The notes under the pieces: generated by a model
Seen by the model: the letters and a program-made list of their open reading frames with translations, nothing else
What the model was told of the DNA's origin: nothing
The model's database searches: none
Translations under genes and position numbers: made by a program
Source of the DNA: Catajapyx aquilonaris
Taxonomy: Eukaryota
DNA length: 33,249 bases
Assembly (NCBI GenBank): GCA_000934665.2
Contig: KZ537961.1
Span: 186,001-219,249, forward strand
Reading direction: 5' to 3'
Shown: positions 10,711 through 20,950 of the stretch, piece after piece
Layout of the letters: each line of letters starts with the position of its first letter
Position numbering within the stretch: position 1 is the stretch's first letter

Positions 10711-12084
10711 ATGAAGCAGTTATTGTGGACTTACACCTGTATTATTCTTCTGCTGCCAGCCTTAGGTGAGTTTGGTTTCAACAATACAGTATTATTCAAT
10801 TTGATACAACCAAGCCATTTTTATACTCTAATAGATAGTGAAACTGTGACATGGACTTATTCAGGAAAAACTGGTAAATGCTTTTACAAGTCATGTTAAA
10901 GTTAAGCAACAAAATTTAATTTTAAGGTTAACTTCTGAATACACTGTATCCTACACACACAGGCATGGCCAACTGGGGAGGAGAGTGCAATAAGAAACAA
11001 AAGGATAATTATTACTCGCCAATTGACATCATAGTTAACGAAACTACCACACCTGAATTCCCTCTCCCACCTCTAACGTTTTCAAATGCTTATTCTGTGA
11101 TACGCAACGTGACATTAACCAACAATGGAAATACTGGTGCGTATAATTTCTTATCTCTTCATGCTTATCTATTTTGTTGTTGTTGTTGTTGTAATTACTG
11201 AATTGGTAAAGGCTCTATGAAAATAACAATGAAACCCTTCCAGTTAATCTGAGGTTTCCTGATGATGACGCCGAGATGGTAAACGTCACTATGGAAGATG
11301 AGGGTACCTTCTACCTAGTCAGCATAATCTTCCACTGGGGGCACACATACACGGAAGGAAGTGAACATCATATTGACTCTAAGGAGTAAGCTTTTGCCAA
11401 TTTGTTTCACTGCAAGAATTTGGGAATCCAATCCAATTATATTGGCAACATTGCTTTCAGGTATGCAATGGAGGTGCAATTCATACATGAGCCATCTCAA
11501 CATAAATCAAACACAAAAGAGTTTAACCTTGCAGTCCTCTTCGAGGTAATACATAATAAAATATGTTCGATATAAACCCTAAAAACGACACTTATTTTAC
11601 ACCTATTACAGGTTGGATTGAAGGACAATCCGAATTACGCACCCATTATAAATCAACTTCATAAAGTCATACAACCTAATTCATCTGTCCACTTCAACTT
11701 GACTAGTCTGAAGGACTTACTTCCCAAAAATGTAGACGCATTTTTTTTCTACCAAGGTACCCAAACTATTCCTCCGTGCACTCCAGGGGTCAAGTGGGTT
11801 GTGTTCACAGAGGCAGTGCAAATATCCGAAATGCAGGTACAGTACTTCAATTAGCCCACAGTATTTGTCTGCCAATACTAACTTCTCATATTATGACCCC
11901 CAATTTGCAGAGGTTCAACTTATGGAAACTTTTGGACGCAAATAATGAGAAGATGAGCACTGCTCGCAGAGGTGTCATGCCAAGAATTGACATGAGGTCC
12001 GTCCAATACAGAAGCTCAACTTGTGTCAACAGTGTCTGCATAATGTGCTTGTGGCTGTCATTTGCTTTTTGGGTCATTTTGTAG
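10711..12084 (+). CDS. Alpha-carbonic anhydrase-related protein 2 (tandem paralog, predicted acatalytic), 7 exons, ~297 aa
   Basis: Exons 10711-10765, 10835-10873, 10963-11136, 11244-11385, 11461-11545, 11612-11836 and 11911-12084 have the same intron phases as copy 1. Motifs: WTYSG, YSPIDI, IIFHWG...GSEHHID, YAMEVQFIH, FFFYQGTQTIPPC...VKWVVF; hydrophobic C-tail. Confidence 0.88.
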
Positions 12085-12698
12085 ACATTAATTTTTCATT
12101 TGTCATTAGTTTCAAAATGATGTGTTTTCAAGCAGTTTGTAACGATTAGATTAAAGTAGGAATAAAACAAAGTATTTTGATGGACGCTTTTTTTAAAAAT
12201 TTTATACTATTGCACTCATATGCAGTTTTTTTTCATATGTATCCTACACATGCAATATTTTCTGCAATTCTGAATTGATTTCTTACAGTAATTATTTTAA
12301 CTAAATTATTATCAAACCCTCAACAACACTATATGGGCAACACATTTGGAGTAAATATATTGGCTTAATTCCATAATATGACATAACTCTTCTCTTGTAT
12401 CATATTTTGACCATTCCATAATACGCACTTCGCCACAGCACATTTTCTGCGCTCCACTTACTCCCTATTGAATCGTAATACTTACACCGAAAAGAAGTAG
12501 GGCGTAATTGACACTGTTTTATAACGAGTATTACACACACACAAAACTGAGAGCAAGAAAGTGACGTGCATCATTAGAAGGGCACTGGCAGAAAATATTG
12601 TGAAGCAAGTGCTGTTATCAAATTCCTGGCCCTGCTGGACACTAGCAGTTATCGCACCATTGATCAAGTTCACCGTTCTCTTGGTCAATGAAACTTAC

Positions 12699-12724
12699 AT
12701 TTGGTAACAGAATCGGTATAAAAG
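12699..12724 (+). promoter_or_regulatory. ATTTGGNAA motif + TATA box of Gly-rich gene A
   Basis: ATTTGGTAA at 12699 and TATAAAAG at 12717, ~80 nt before the ATG. The same arrangement precedes copies B, C and D. Confidence 0.7.
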
Positions 12725-12799
12725 CCACTGCTCTCTAACATCAAACATCACACCTAACATTGCCAACCAAGAGAAGAAACACCAAAATAGTCACACAAT

Positions 12800-13208
12800 A
12801 TGGATTCTAAGGTGATTTTTCACACTTTCGTGGTAAGGTATTGTTGGGACGTATTAACATATTTTGATTGTTCTGCAGATATTGCTGGTCCTCGTTGTGC
12901 TGGGAGTGGTGACGTGTGTGTCAGCTGGAGGTCATATCAACTACAAGTACGGGTTTTCCATCAAGGGCAAGCATGGGTCAGCCCAGGTGGAGGCTGGTGC
13001 AGATGACCACAAGTGGGGTTACTATGTGAACAACCAACATAAGGATGGGGTCAGCTACATCAAGCAGAGTGGGGACAACACTCACCACGGAGGATTCGAG
13101 GGAGGGTTCGGAGGTGGTGCTGGTGGGGCTGGTGGGGCTGGTGGGGCTGGTGGGGCTGGTGGTGCCGGTGGTGGTTTCGGTCTCGGAGGAGGATTCGGAG
13201 GGTTTTAA
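12800..13208 (+). CDS. Secreted glycine-rich protein, copy A (~113 aa, 2 exons)
   Basis: Exon 1 12800-12811 (MDSK), GT-AG intron, exon 2 12879-13208. Signal peptide ILLVLVVLGVVTCVSA, a His/Tyr/Lys-containing domain and a (GGA)n/GGF tail. TATA upstream, AATAAA downstream, and three paralogs in the window. Confidence 0.88.
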
Positions 13209-14322
13209 ATGTTATCGTGTAAATATTTATGTCATGGAATAATAAAAAATTATGATTGCCTTACATATCGTATACTAAATGTCCCATGATTTTGACCCAT
13301 ATGTCAGGGTGATCTGAGCTGCATTGGCGCAGTCGCATTCAGTGTGTCTCATAAACTCACGCCAGTTTTAAAGCTCTTAAAAATTCTACTAAACATCTGA
13401 AGAGGTAAAGTGCACCATTATTTATCCATTTTCCACGCTGGTTGTGAGGTAAAAATATATTTCCTAAAAACAGATCAGGAGATTCCCAGGTGGAGCACTT
13501 GCAGAGAATGCAAATGGCTTACATTTAAAAATTATATAGGCAAATGAAATGACCCTACTAATCATTATGCAGGTCTGCATGTAACTGTTGAGTATTTTTA
13601 GCAGAAGTTATTCTCTCTCGATTGGACGTAGTAAATTGCAAAATAGCGCAAAATGGCATAATATGCGTCAATAACATTATTATAATATGCCAATACATCC
13701 TATTGTGTACAAAGAAATATTGCTCCCTTACGAGACGAGCCTCGCAAGCTGCTGTAGCATTACTTTTTTTTCCTTTCGTCGCAGCGGCTAAACCGGAATC
13801 CCATAGTCATGTATTGTATTTAAGACAAAATAAAATAAAATAGTTCTAGACCCTGCTAGCAGCAGTAATGTAATTCCTGCGTCCAAATCAGTAAGGCTTA
13901 CTCCGGCCGGTGAGCCTGTTAAATTTTGCAAGAAAATATGAGACTATGACAAAAATCCGTGGAAGGGTTAACGGCAACGGCAACAATGTCAAAAATTATA
14001 ATCAAAAGAGCTGAAATATTTTTCAAAATCTACTTTTCACGGACAATTAATGTTTTAAATGTTACGAATAAAGACTAAGAAAAATGCTAATTAATTGTGA
14101 AATATCTCACACAGCTTGGATTGTTAGTAGACCGCAGGTGATGAATTAATTATATGTATTGTGTATTATGAAGGTGAATGGAAAAATTAATTAACATACT
14201 CCGTGTGGATAACGTCCTCCAAACTAATCAGAAGAGGACATTTCCAAAATATATGAGCCAGACCTCTGTCCGACTCGGGGAACTTGGGACCTCAGATATG
14301 AAAGGCTGGGACTACACCACCG

Positions 14323-14390
14323 TGCACCTGTTCCGAGAAAGCCTTCTCCTTGCACCTGTTCCGAGAAAGCCTTCTCCTTGCACTTGTTCC
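14323..14390. repeat. 28-bp tandem repeat, ~2.4 copies
   Basis: TGCACCTGTTCCGAGAAAGCCTTCTCCT x2 plus partial TGCACTTGTTCC. Confidence 0.9.
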
Positions 14391-14638
14391 TAGTGCACTT
14401 AATGTTGTATTTTGAATTTCACTTGTTTGGTATATTTTTGGAGCAGACGTGAAGTTAAGGCTTATGACGCCAAACCTGAGAATATTTACTTCAAAATGCT
14501 GTCAAAATGCCTTATACTGTAGAAGAGATGTAAATGATTACAGCAAAAGAAGGCACTTATATAAGGAAGTCGGAATAGAAGTGGCATCTTCTCCAGATTA
14601 CCTATACTGGGAGGATTTTCAGAAACTCTGAGTGAACT

Positions 14639-15394
14639 ATGAATTCCTTGTTCACTCTGGCAGTAATATTGTCAATAATTTGTTGTGGCGTTTGTTATCC
14701 GCGTAGTATGTCGAATTATGGTCCTTTTGGAGGCGGTAATACCGGTGGGTTTCTGGATAGTCTATTTCCTATTGAAAACGACAATAAGGAATTTAATTTG
14801 TCCAGTGAACTCTGTCCTCCTCCTTGTTATGAGTATGCAAGGGGCAGATGCCGATTTGTTGAAGGTGTCCCAGGATGTGACCCGTAAGCGTTTTTTCTTT
14901 GCATAATTTGATACTACTCTCATGCATTTTGCACCTGTTACTTGACACAGACCGATTGGTATTTAGCTCAAGAATTTAATAATCTTGCATGCTCTAAAAT
15001 TCTAAATTATCTATGTGTGGCTGCAAATGTCATTATGATGTTGCGCTGCTATAGTGCCAGTACTGTACATTCAACATACAGTGTGATCCTAAATAAATTT
15101 CAGACTAATATGGTCATTTGTTGACACTAAGCTGTTTTAGCAGTTACTTATAATAGCTATGAGAAGTATTGGCTTTTATTAGTTGTAGACTTTTGAATAA
15201 GTTGCTGGTACAATATAACAGAAGAGATTGTCTTTGTTTTCAGTACCAGTTACCCACAGGGTTACCCAGGGCTTTTAGCATGGGGTGGCTCACAGGGTGA
15301 CTTATGGAAAGGTGAAGACTTGGGTGAAGATTATCTTCTTCCTGCGGCCAATGGGACAAACGAAGAGACACTGTACGAACTGCCAAGCAAATGA
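14639..15394 (+). CDS. Small secreted Cys-containing protein of unknown family, 2 exons, ~131 aa
   Basis: TATATAA at 14558; signal-like MNSLFTLAVILSIICCGVC. Exon 1 14639-14883 ends at donor GTAAGC. A strong acceptor TCTTTGTTTTCAG precedes 15244, and the phase-compatible exon 2 15244-15394 is open to TGA. Two AATAAA follow at ~15420-15435. Confidence 0.68.
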
Positions 15395-15786
15395 CCTGGA
15401 AAGGCTGAAAGTAATTTGCAATAAACAGCAATAAAATCTGTACCACCCAGCATCAGTGTCAATTTTACGAGTTCATTGTAGCCGGATCCATTGCAGCTAT
15501 TTGCGGAATTGTTTCTGGGGTATACCGAGCATATTCCACCACCAGGAATACTGCCGCTCTCACATGACGTCATCCAGGACAGACATATATTGTGAATTCT
15601 GAATATGATATGGCAATTTAGCTGCCGTCTTGTTTACTCTTGTAGCGAGCTGTGCTTGTCCTGTATAGGTGCACTTATTTTGTGCTTAACATAAAAATCT
15701 GCATATTTTACTGGTGCAGATGATTGCATAATGAAACTGCTTTCAAAAAAAAACTACATCAGGTAATGTATTAGGCTTTTAGAATA

Positions 15787-16500
15787 CAGGGTGGGGCAAA
15801 AGTCATGGGCTGGTTTAAACGACGCAGCATGGCGTAAGTAACGAACGATTATAAATATATTTTTAAATTCACTACACAGAGAAATATTATGCCATTTATG
15901 GATCAAGGTCCCAAAAAGTCACTTCTTGAAAACAACACCGGATAGACGTCCACCTTTGCAGGCAACACGTATTCCTCCAAACGTCGGACGAAACCCTTCA
16001 TAACGCGCTCCAGCATGTCCATTGGAATCGGAAATAAAAAAGGGATGGGGGTAAGAAAAACCAGTGCCGCATTTGACTCGTTTGCGCTATCGGTACCGTG
16101 ATACCGGGGATAGGTACGCGTTCGCCGCAAGAAAAATACCAAATTTTTTAAACCCAGGCCTGGAACTCGCATGGGAGTCGGAAAACAGACTAACTTTACG
16201 GGGGTGTCCAGAGGGTGGGGAGTCAAAGACACCGCTCCCATTCGTCACTCGTTACTCGTATCGGATTCCTTACACCTTGTATCGTCATGGATTCGCCAGG
16301 CGCACCTACCACCCGAGTTTGGTGCACCTGCGATGCTCCGTTTGGCGTACAGCGAGGCTCAGAGCAACAAGTGCATAAGTGCCAAGTCATTTTTCAGTCC
16401 TCTTCGTCTGTTTTCCGATTCCGAGGTTCCAATATAATCGTTCGTTACTTTCGCCATGCTCCGTCGTTTAAACCAGCCCATGACTTTTGCCCCACCCTTG
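15787..16500 (-). mobile_element. Non-autonomous Tc1/mariner element with transposase C-terminal remnant
   Basis: TA on both sides (15785-86, 16501-02) and ~65-bp TIRs beginning CAGGGTGGGGCAAAAGTCATGGG. The minus-strand remnant IPMDMLERVMKGFVRRLEE/CVACKGGRLSGVVFKK* (frameshifted) resembles a Tc1/mariner transposase C-terminus. The paralogous site at ~21180-21190 lacks the element. Confidence 0.88.
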
Positions 16501-17044
16501 TACTTATATTGAGAGTCCTGCTCAAAGTTTTAGCTTTTCAAAATCGTCCTCAAAGGAGATGTTCAATTTTGCCCTGGGGACATAGAATTCGTCAATTTAT
16601 CTTGAATAACAACCATTTGGTCACAGTACAATATTATTGACTATTTTTCTCATTGAGGAGAAACATTGTCAATAATATGTACTGTGACATTTTTTTACTG
16701 ACTATGACTTCACACAATATCCGAATAAATCCTAATGTGACCACCATTATGAGCCTTAGTGCTAGACTTGTCCAATGGCTTTCAATACATCTGTACAGCT
16801 CTAGTTCTGACTGATAGTGAGTAGAAAGAATGGGATAAGTACGTACTGCGTACCAGTTAAGTGCCAGTGTACAGTTCACTTGAATCCACGTGCTCGGTCC
16901 TCATCGCATCAGTGAGGCTAGTTCTGCTATTCCGCACATATATTTGGCAAGTAGACTGTATAAAAGTGGCTTACTCCAAAGCTCAGTATCAGTCGCTCAA
17001 GAGCACTACTACAGACAAGAGCAAGCATCAAGAATCGCATCACC

Positions 17045-17419
17045 ATGGACGCAAAGGTAATTGAAGTAATAGATTGTTTAATCGCACTCACTGTTTCATG
17101 TCAAATGCAGATACTGCTGGTCCTCGTTGTGCTGGGAGTGGTGGCGTGTGTGTCAGGAGGAGGTCACACCAACTACAAGTACGGGTTTTCCACAAAGGGC
17201 AAGTACGGGGCAGCCCAGGTGGAGGCTGGTGCAGATGACCACAAGTGGGGTTTCTCAGTCAACAACCACCACAAGGATGGGGTCAGCTACATCAAGCAGA
17301 GTGGGGACAACACTCACCACGGAGGATCCGAGGGAGGGTTCGGAGGTGGGGCTGGAGGGGCTGGCGGAGCTGGAGGTGTCGGGGGAGGGTTCGGAGGGGG
17401 ATTTGGAGTGGGATTTTAA
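17045..17419 (+). CDS. Secreted glycine-rich protein, copy B (~106 aa, 2 exons)
   Basis: TATAAAAG at 16959; exon 1 17045-17056 (MDAK), 54-nt GT-AG intron, exon 2 17111-17419; AATAAA at ~17460. Confidence 0.88.
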   Translation: MDAKVIEVIDCLIALTVSCQMQILLVLVVLGVVACVSGGGHTNYKYGFSTKGKYGAAQVEAGADDHKWGFSVNNHHKDGVSYIKQSGDNTHHGGSEGGFGGGAGGAGGAGGVGGGFGGGFGVGF

Positions 17420-18163
17420 ATGTCCTTTGTATATTATACTACTTGTACAGGTGGTTTTTAATAAATGGATATAAAAGAATTTCAGTTTTTACGCGTAAAT
17501 TACTTACGCAGTAGGCTACCATTCACGAGGTAGGCCTACACACAATATTTAAATAACACGCTTCCAATCTATGGAACTCTATTTATACTGCTTTATAGGC
17601 ATTTAACATCAGTGTCACGAGTCAAGCCATCAAATTGAGATTTGATGATGTCATTCCCTTTGGACAATGATAGTAAAGTGCATACGGTACAGCATATGGC
17701 ATATAGTTTCATGCCACAAAATGTGTTCTTTTGGGAAGAAAATCCCTATGGTCCCATGGTGTAAACTTTGACGCATTTCATTTCCAGCAAAATCGCCGCA
17801 GTAATATTATTACGAGGAAGATCTAAGCAATTTTTGCAGATGGAGGCTCCATCCTTGAATATTGATGTAGATGACACAGGAAAATAGAGTAAGCATATCA
17901 AAATCATACACTGTATACCCTTTATCATATATGCTAGGGAGAACCTAAGTTCGGTGTCGTTCAGTGTTATAATTATAGCAGTTTCACATAATGTAACTGT
18001 ATGGTATTCATTACAAACACAGCCTCAAACTGTTACTTGCCAGCTGCATTTTAGTTCTCCATGCAATATCACATGTGCAGAATAATGTAGAGATTGTAGA
18101 CTGTAAGACGTCTTGTTGCATGAGCACCTGAGAGCAGGTCAGGAAGCGTATCCCATCCAAGGC

Positions 18164-18235
18164 GCGATGGTGGTGTAGTGGTCAGCATAGTTGCCTTCCA
18201 AGCAGTTGATCCGGGTTCGATTCCCGGCCATCGCA
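18164..18235 (+). tRNA. tRNA-Gly (anticodon TCC)
   Basis: 72 nt; acceptor stem GCGATGG/CCATCGC + discriminator A; anticodon loop CTTCCAA; T-arm CCGGG-TTCGATT-CCCGG; oligo-T terminator at 18241-18245. It matches the metazoan tRNA-Gly-TCC pattern. Confidence 0.95.
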
Positions 18236-18240
18236 CTCTC

Positions 18241-18515
18241 TTTTTAGACTTTTTCTTATCGAAAAAAAGTCTTATAGAACGGCTCGACTGTTTGTCCGTC
18301 CGTCTGTCTGTGGACAGGTATCAGGGCCTTAACCGAAAGAGAGAGCAACAAACGGTTTTCATATTCATATTAAGCGTGACCAAAATATATTTCATGGTCA
18401 ACATCCGGTGACCCGCCACTTACTGCTTTCCGGGTTCACTCTATCCGCACAAGTCTACTTTACGGGCGGGTTATCGCTGGATTTCGACATTAGTTCCTGT
18501 GGATTCCTAACCAAT
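18241..18515 (+). mobile_element. DINE-1/HINE (Helentron-derived)-like element, 5' part
   Basis: Starts in a T-run with a short inverted repeat AGACTTTTT...AAAAAGTCT, then a (GTCY)n microsatellite TGTCCGTCCGTCTGTCTGT. This is the architecture typical of DINE-like elements. The 3' limit is uncertain. Confidence 0.5.
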
Positions 18516-19117
18516 TGTGCCAGGGATTTACCCAGAGTTTTACCTGGCGCTATGGCACAGGGGATGTGGAATCAATTCCTGACGTTGGACAAGTTTACGA
18601 TGCGCATCCTCGGCCGCCATGATGTTATCGCCCAGGCCGATACTCGAGTCGATACGCTGCCTGCGCTGCCTATGTTACAATATCTCGGTATCGATATATC
18701 GATTCACATGCTCATACTTGAAAGAATGAGAAAAAGTCGCATCGAATCACGCGCGCGTGATTTTCCCATGTAAATACACGATTACTTTACCCTTCAAAGA
18801 TGTGTATGGCATTAATAGGCATTTGATTGACGCTAAGGGATTATTGTTAAACTTACAGATCATGAGAATCAGACAAAGATCATGAATCTTATTCAGGTCA
18901 ATCTTCAAGCAACAAGATTCTTGATGACCTAATCAGGGTCAAAATAGATAATTTGTAGGGTAGCTAATTCTATAAAAGAAACTGACTGAAATTTCTTAGT
19001 AATCGTCCTGATGTGATATGTCTGACAATCTGGTTGTCAGGTACTTCTCCCACCAGAGGTACAGTACGTACTTCCAGGCCAGCCCACGGACACTTATACT
19101 ACGTTCTGGCGTTATCA

Positions 19118-19409
19118 CCTGCCGAGGGATTACGCACCGGGTGGCCACTTGAGATCGCTACGAGACATTTCCCAAGGCTATCATGTGGCGACCCTACCGG
19201 ACTAAGGCTGAACTTTACAGGTACGAAGGGCAGGGCTACATTGGGGGGCCCAACATGGCCGCTGGCGGCCATATTGGGCCAGCATGTAGCCCTCCCCTTC
19301 GTACCTGTAAAGTTCAGCCTTATAGTCCGGTAGGGTCGCCACATGATAGCCTTGGGAAATGTCTTGTAGCGATCTCAAGTGGCCACCCGGTGCGTAATCC
19401 TTCGGCAGG
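19118..19409. repeat. GC-rich near-perfect palindrome (~145-bp arms, 2-nt loop)
   Basis: CCTGCCGAGGGATTACGCACCGGGTGGCCACTTGAGATCGC... is mirrored by ...GCGATCTCAAGTGGCCACCCGGTGCGTAATCCTTCGGCAGG; centre ATGGCCGC-TG-GCGGCCAT. Confidence 0.95.
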
Positions 19410-19916
19410 GGGTGGGTGGGGAGTGACCTAACCTGAGTCTTCAATAACCATGTTCCAGGCCAAACAGGAGATCGCTCCATGGATCAAGGAAGCAGACTCT
19501 GTGATCTTGCTCTGCTGAGTGTAGAAAGAGAAGAAACTGACAAAAACTGACTTTGACCGCATCATAGGTCAAATTGCATAAGGTTTTGCATGCCCCTTTT
19601 AAACCCTGGCATATGTCACAAATGTAAGTCATGGAAGCAACATGATGCGGAATGAATGCTAGTCGGACACCATGTATGCTCAGACACCATGTATTTTATT
19701 AATAACCGTGAGTTGCCCCTATACCAGTGCACCACTTTCTATTCGGCCTCATGGCAATCGCTTGATTGCACATGATCAATTTCTTTTTCTGCCAGTCTCC
19801 ACCACATTTGGAAACAAATACAGGTATAAAAGCTGTTTCTCTCGGAGATTTGATATCACTTCCTTCGGCACCTCCAGCAGAAGACATCTCTCACTCCAAT
19901 CCAACCTATATACGCC

Positions 19917-20290
19917 ATGGATTCCAAGGTACCGTTCATTCCAACCCAAGAAGCTCCTTGTTTATTAACGTGGATATTCTTGATTGTAACGTGCAGATAC
20001 TGGTGGTCCTCGTTGTGCTGGGAGTGGTGGCGTGTGTGTCAGGAGGAGGTCACACCAACTACAAGTACGGGTTTTCCACAAAGGGCAAGTACGGGGCAGC
20101 CCAGGTGGAGGCTGGTGCAGATGACCACAAGTGGGGTTTCTCAGTCAACAACCACCACAAGGATGGGGTCAGCTACATCAAGCAGAGTGGGGACAACACT
20201 CACCACGGAGGGTTCGGAGGTGGGGCTGGTGGTGCCGGAGGTGCCGGAGGTGGTTTCGGTGGGGGTTTCGGGCTGGGAGGAGGATTCTGA
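19917..20290 (+). CDS. Secreted glycine-rich protein, copy C (~101 aa, 2 exons)
   Basis: TATAAAAG at 19825; exon 1 19917-19928 (MDSK), exon 2 19997-20290. It ends at TGA three codons before the TAA used in copy A. Confidence 0.85.
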
Positions 20291-20744
20291 GGGTTTTAAA
20301 TAATGCCATCATGTAAATATTTATGTCATGGAATAATAATGCTGATTGCCATAACATATCGTATACTGAATGTCCAATTGTTTTGACCCATAATTATGTC
20401 AGGGTGACCTGAGCTGCCCTATCATTGGCGCAGACGCGCAGTCGACATTCAGTGTGTGTCATAATCTTACGCCAAACCCTGCAGGGGGCAGTAATATAAT
20501 TTCTGCATACAAATCAGCATATAGGTCACTTACCGGCGATACCATGAGCGTGAGCGAGCCTACATAATTTTACCAGAAAATTTGCAAAACAAGAAAATTA
20601 TCGCCTGTGGGTAGTGCTTCCACCCTGTCGGGTATTGATCTTAATACCGCGTACACGATGAACATAAAGAACCTTTATACGTACGATACGCGTGTGGGGA
20701 ACGGGAGGTTTCATTCCCAAGGGAGGGCGCTCTTAATTACAGTA

Positions 20745-20950
20745 GTTTCTAGTCATTTCTGACCCTCTTAAATACCTGACCTGTTCTCCTGGCCCTGGCC
20801 AGAGAAGGGAACGTGCAATTATATGCCCTGACATGTCGAGTTAAAAGCGGAAAAATATCCGACCAAGAAGAGGTGACGCTGAAGGGATTTGAACCGGGGA
20901 CCTCCCTCTTGGAGGCCAGTAGCATAGCCACTAGACTACCATGCGCTACC
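20745..20950 (-). mobile_element. tRNA-derived SINE-like element
   Basis: Minus strand GGTAGCGCATGGTAGTCTAGTGG (A box) ... GGTTCAAATCCC (B box), then a non-tRNA body. It lies in a segment absent from the paralogous flank of copy A (~13920-13930). Confidence 0.62.

Larger units (their letters stand above)
16861..18515 (+). repeat. Segmental duplication unit (Gly-rich gene B + tRNA-Gly), paralogous to 30594-33155
   Basis: Colinear high identity from GTGCCAGTGTACAGTTCACTTGAATCC to GGATTCCTAACCAAT in both places. The second copy carries an extra 0.94-kb insertion. Confidence 0.93.

Noticed and set aside
15331..15573. Minus-strand 80-aa ORF MTSCESGSIPGGG...
   Set aside because: No signal peptide, promoter or recognisable motif; it overlaps the better-supported plus-strand terminal exon.
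15903..16640. ORFs inside the mariner element as an intact transposase
   Set aside because: The element is only 714 bp; just a frameshifted C-terminal fragment is recognisable and there is no DDD/E domain.
17127..17514. Alternative-frame ORFs over the Gly-rich genes (MCWEWWRV..., MGFLSQQ...; also at C and D)
   Set aside because: Shadow frames of G-rich, stop-poor coding sequence, conserved only because the real frame is duplicated.
18178..18411. ORF MVSIVAFQAVDPGSIPGHR... (and 32783-33151)
   Set aside because: It is a translation of the tRNA-Gly gene and the adjacent repeat.
16861..18523. GTGCCAG at both ends of duplication unit B as a TSD
   Set aside because: Only 7 nt, the left copy is inside the shared block, and it is not repeated after unit D; it may be chance or microhomology.
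19013..19480. Four overlapping ORFs with mirrored peptides (LNFTGTKGRAT, VALPFVPVKFSL)
   Set aside because: They are a by-product of the GC-rich palindrome; there are no splice, promoter or homology cues.
20288..20290. TGA in copy C as selenocysteine or programmed tRNA-Gly read-through
   Set aside because: No SECIS was recognised and the local tRNA has a normal TCC anticodon; a simple nonsense substitution suffices.
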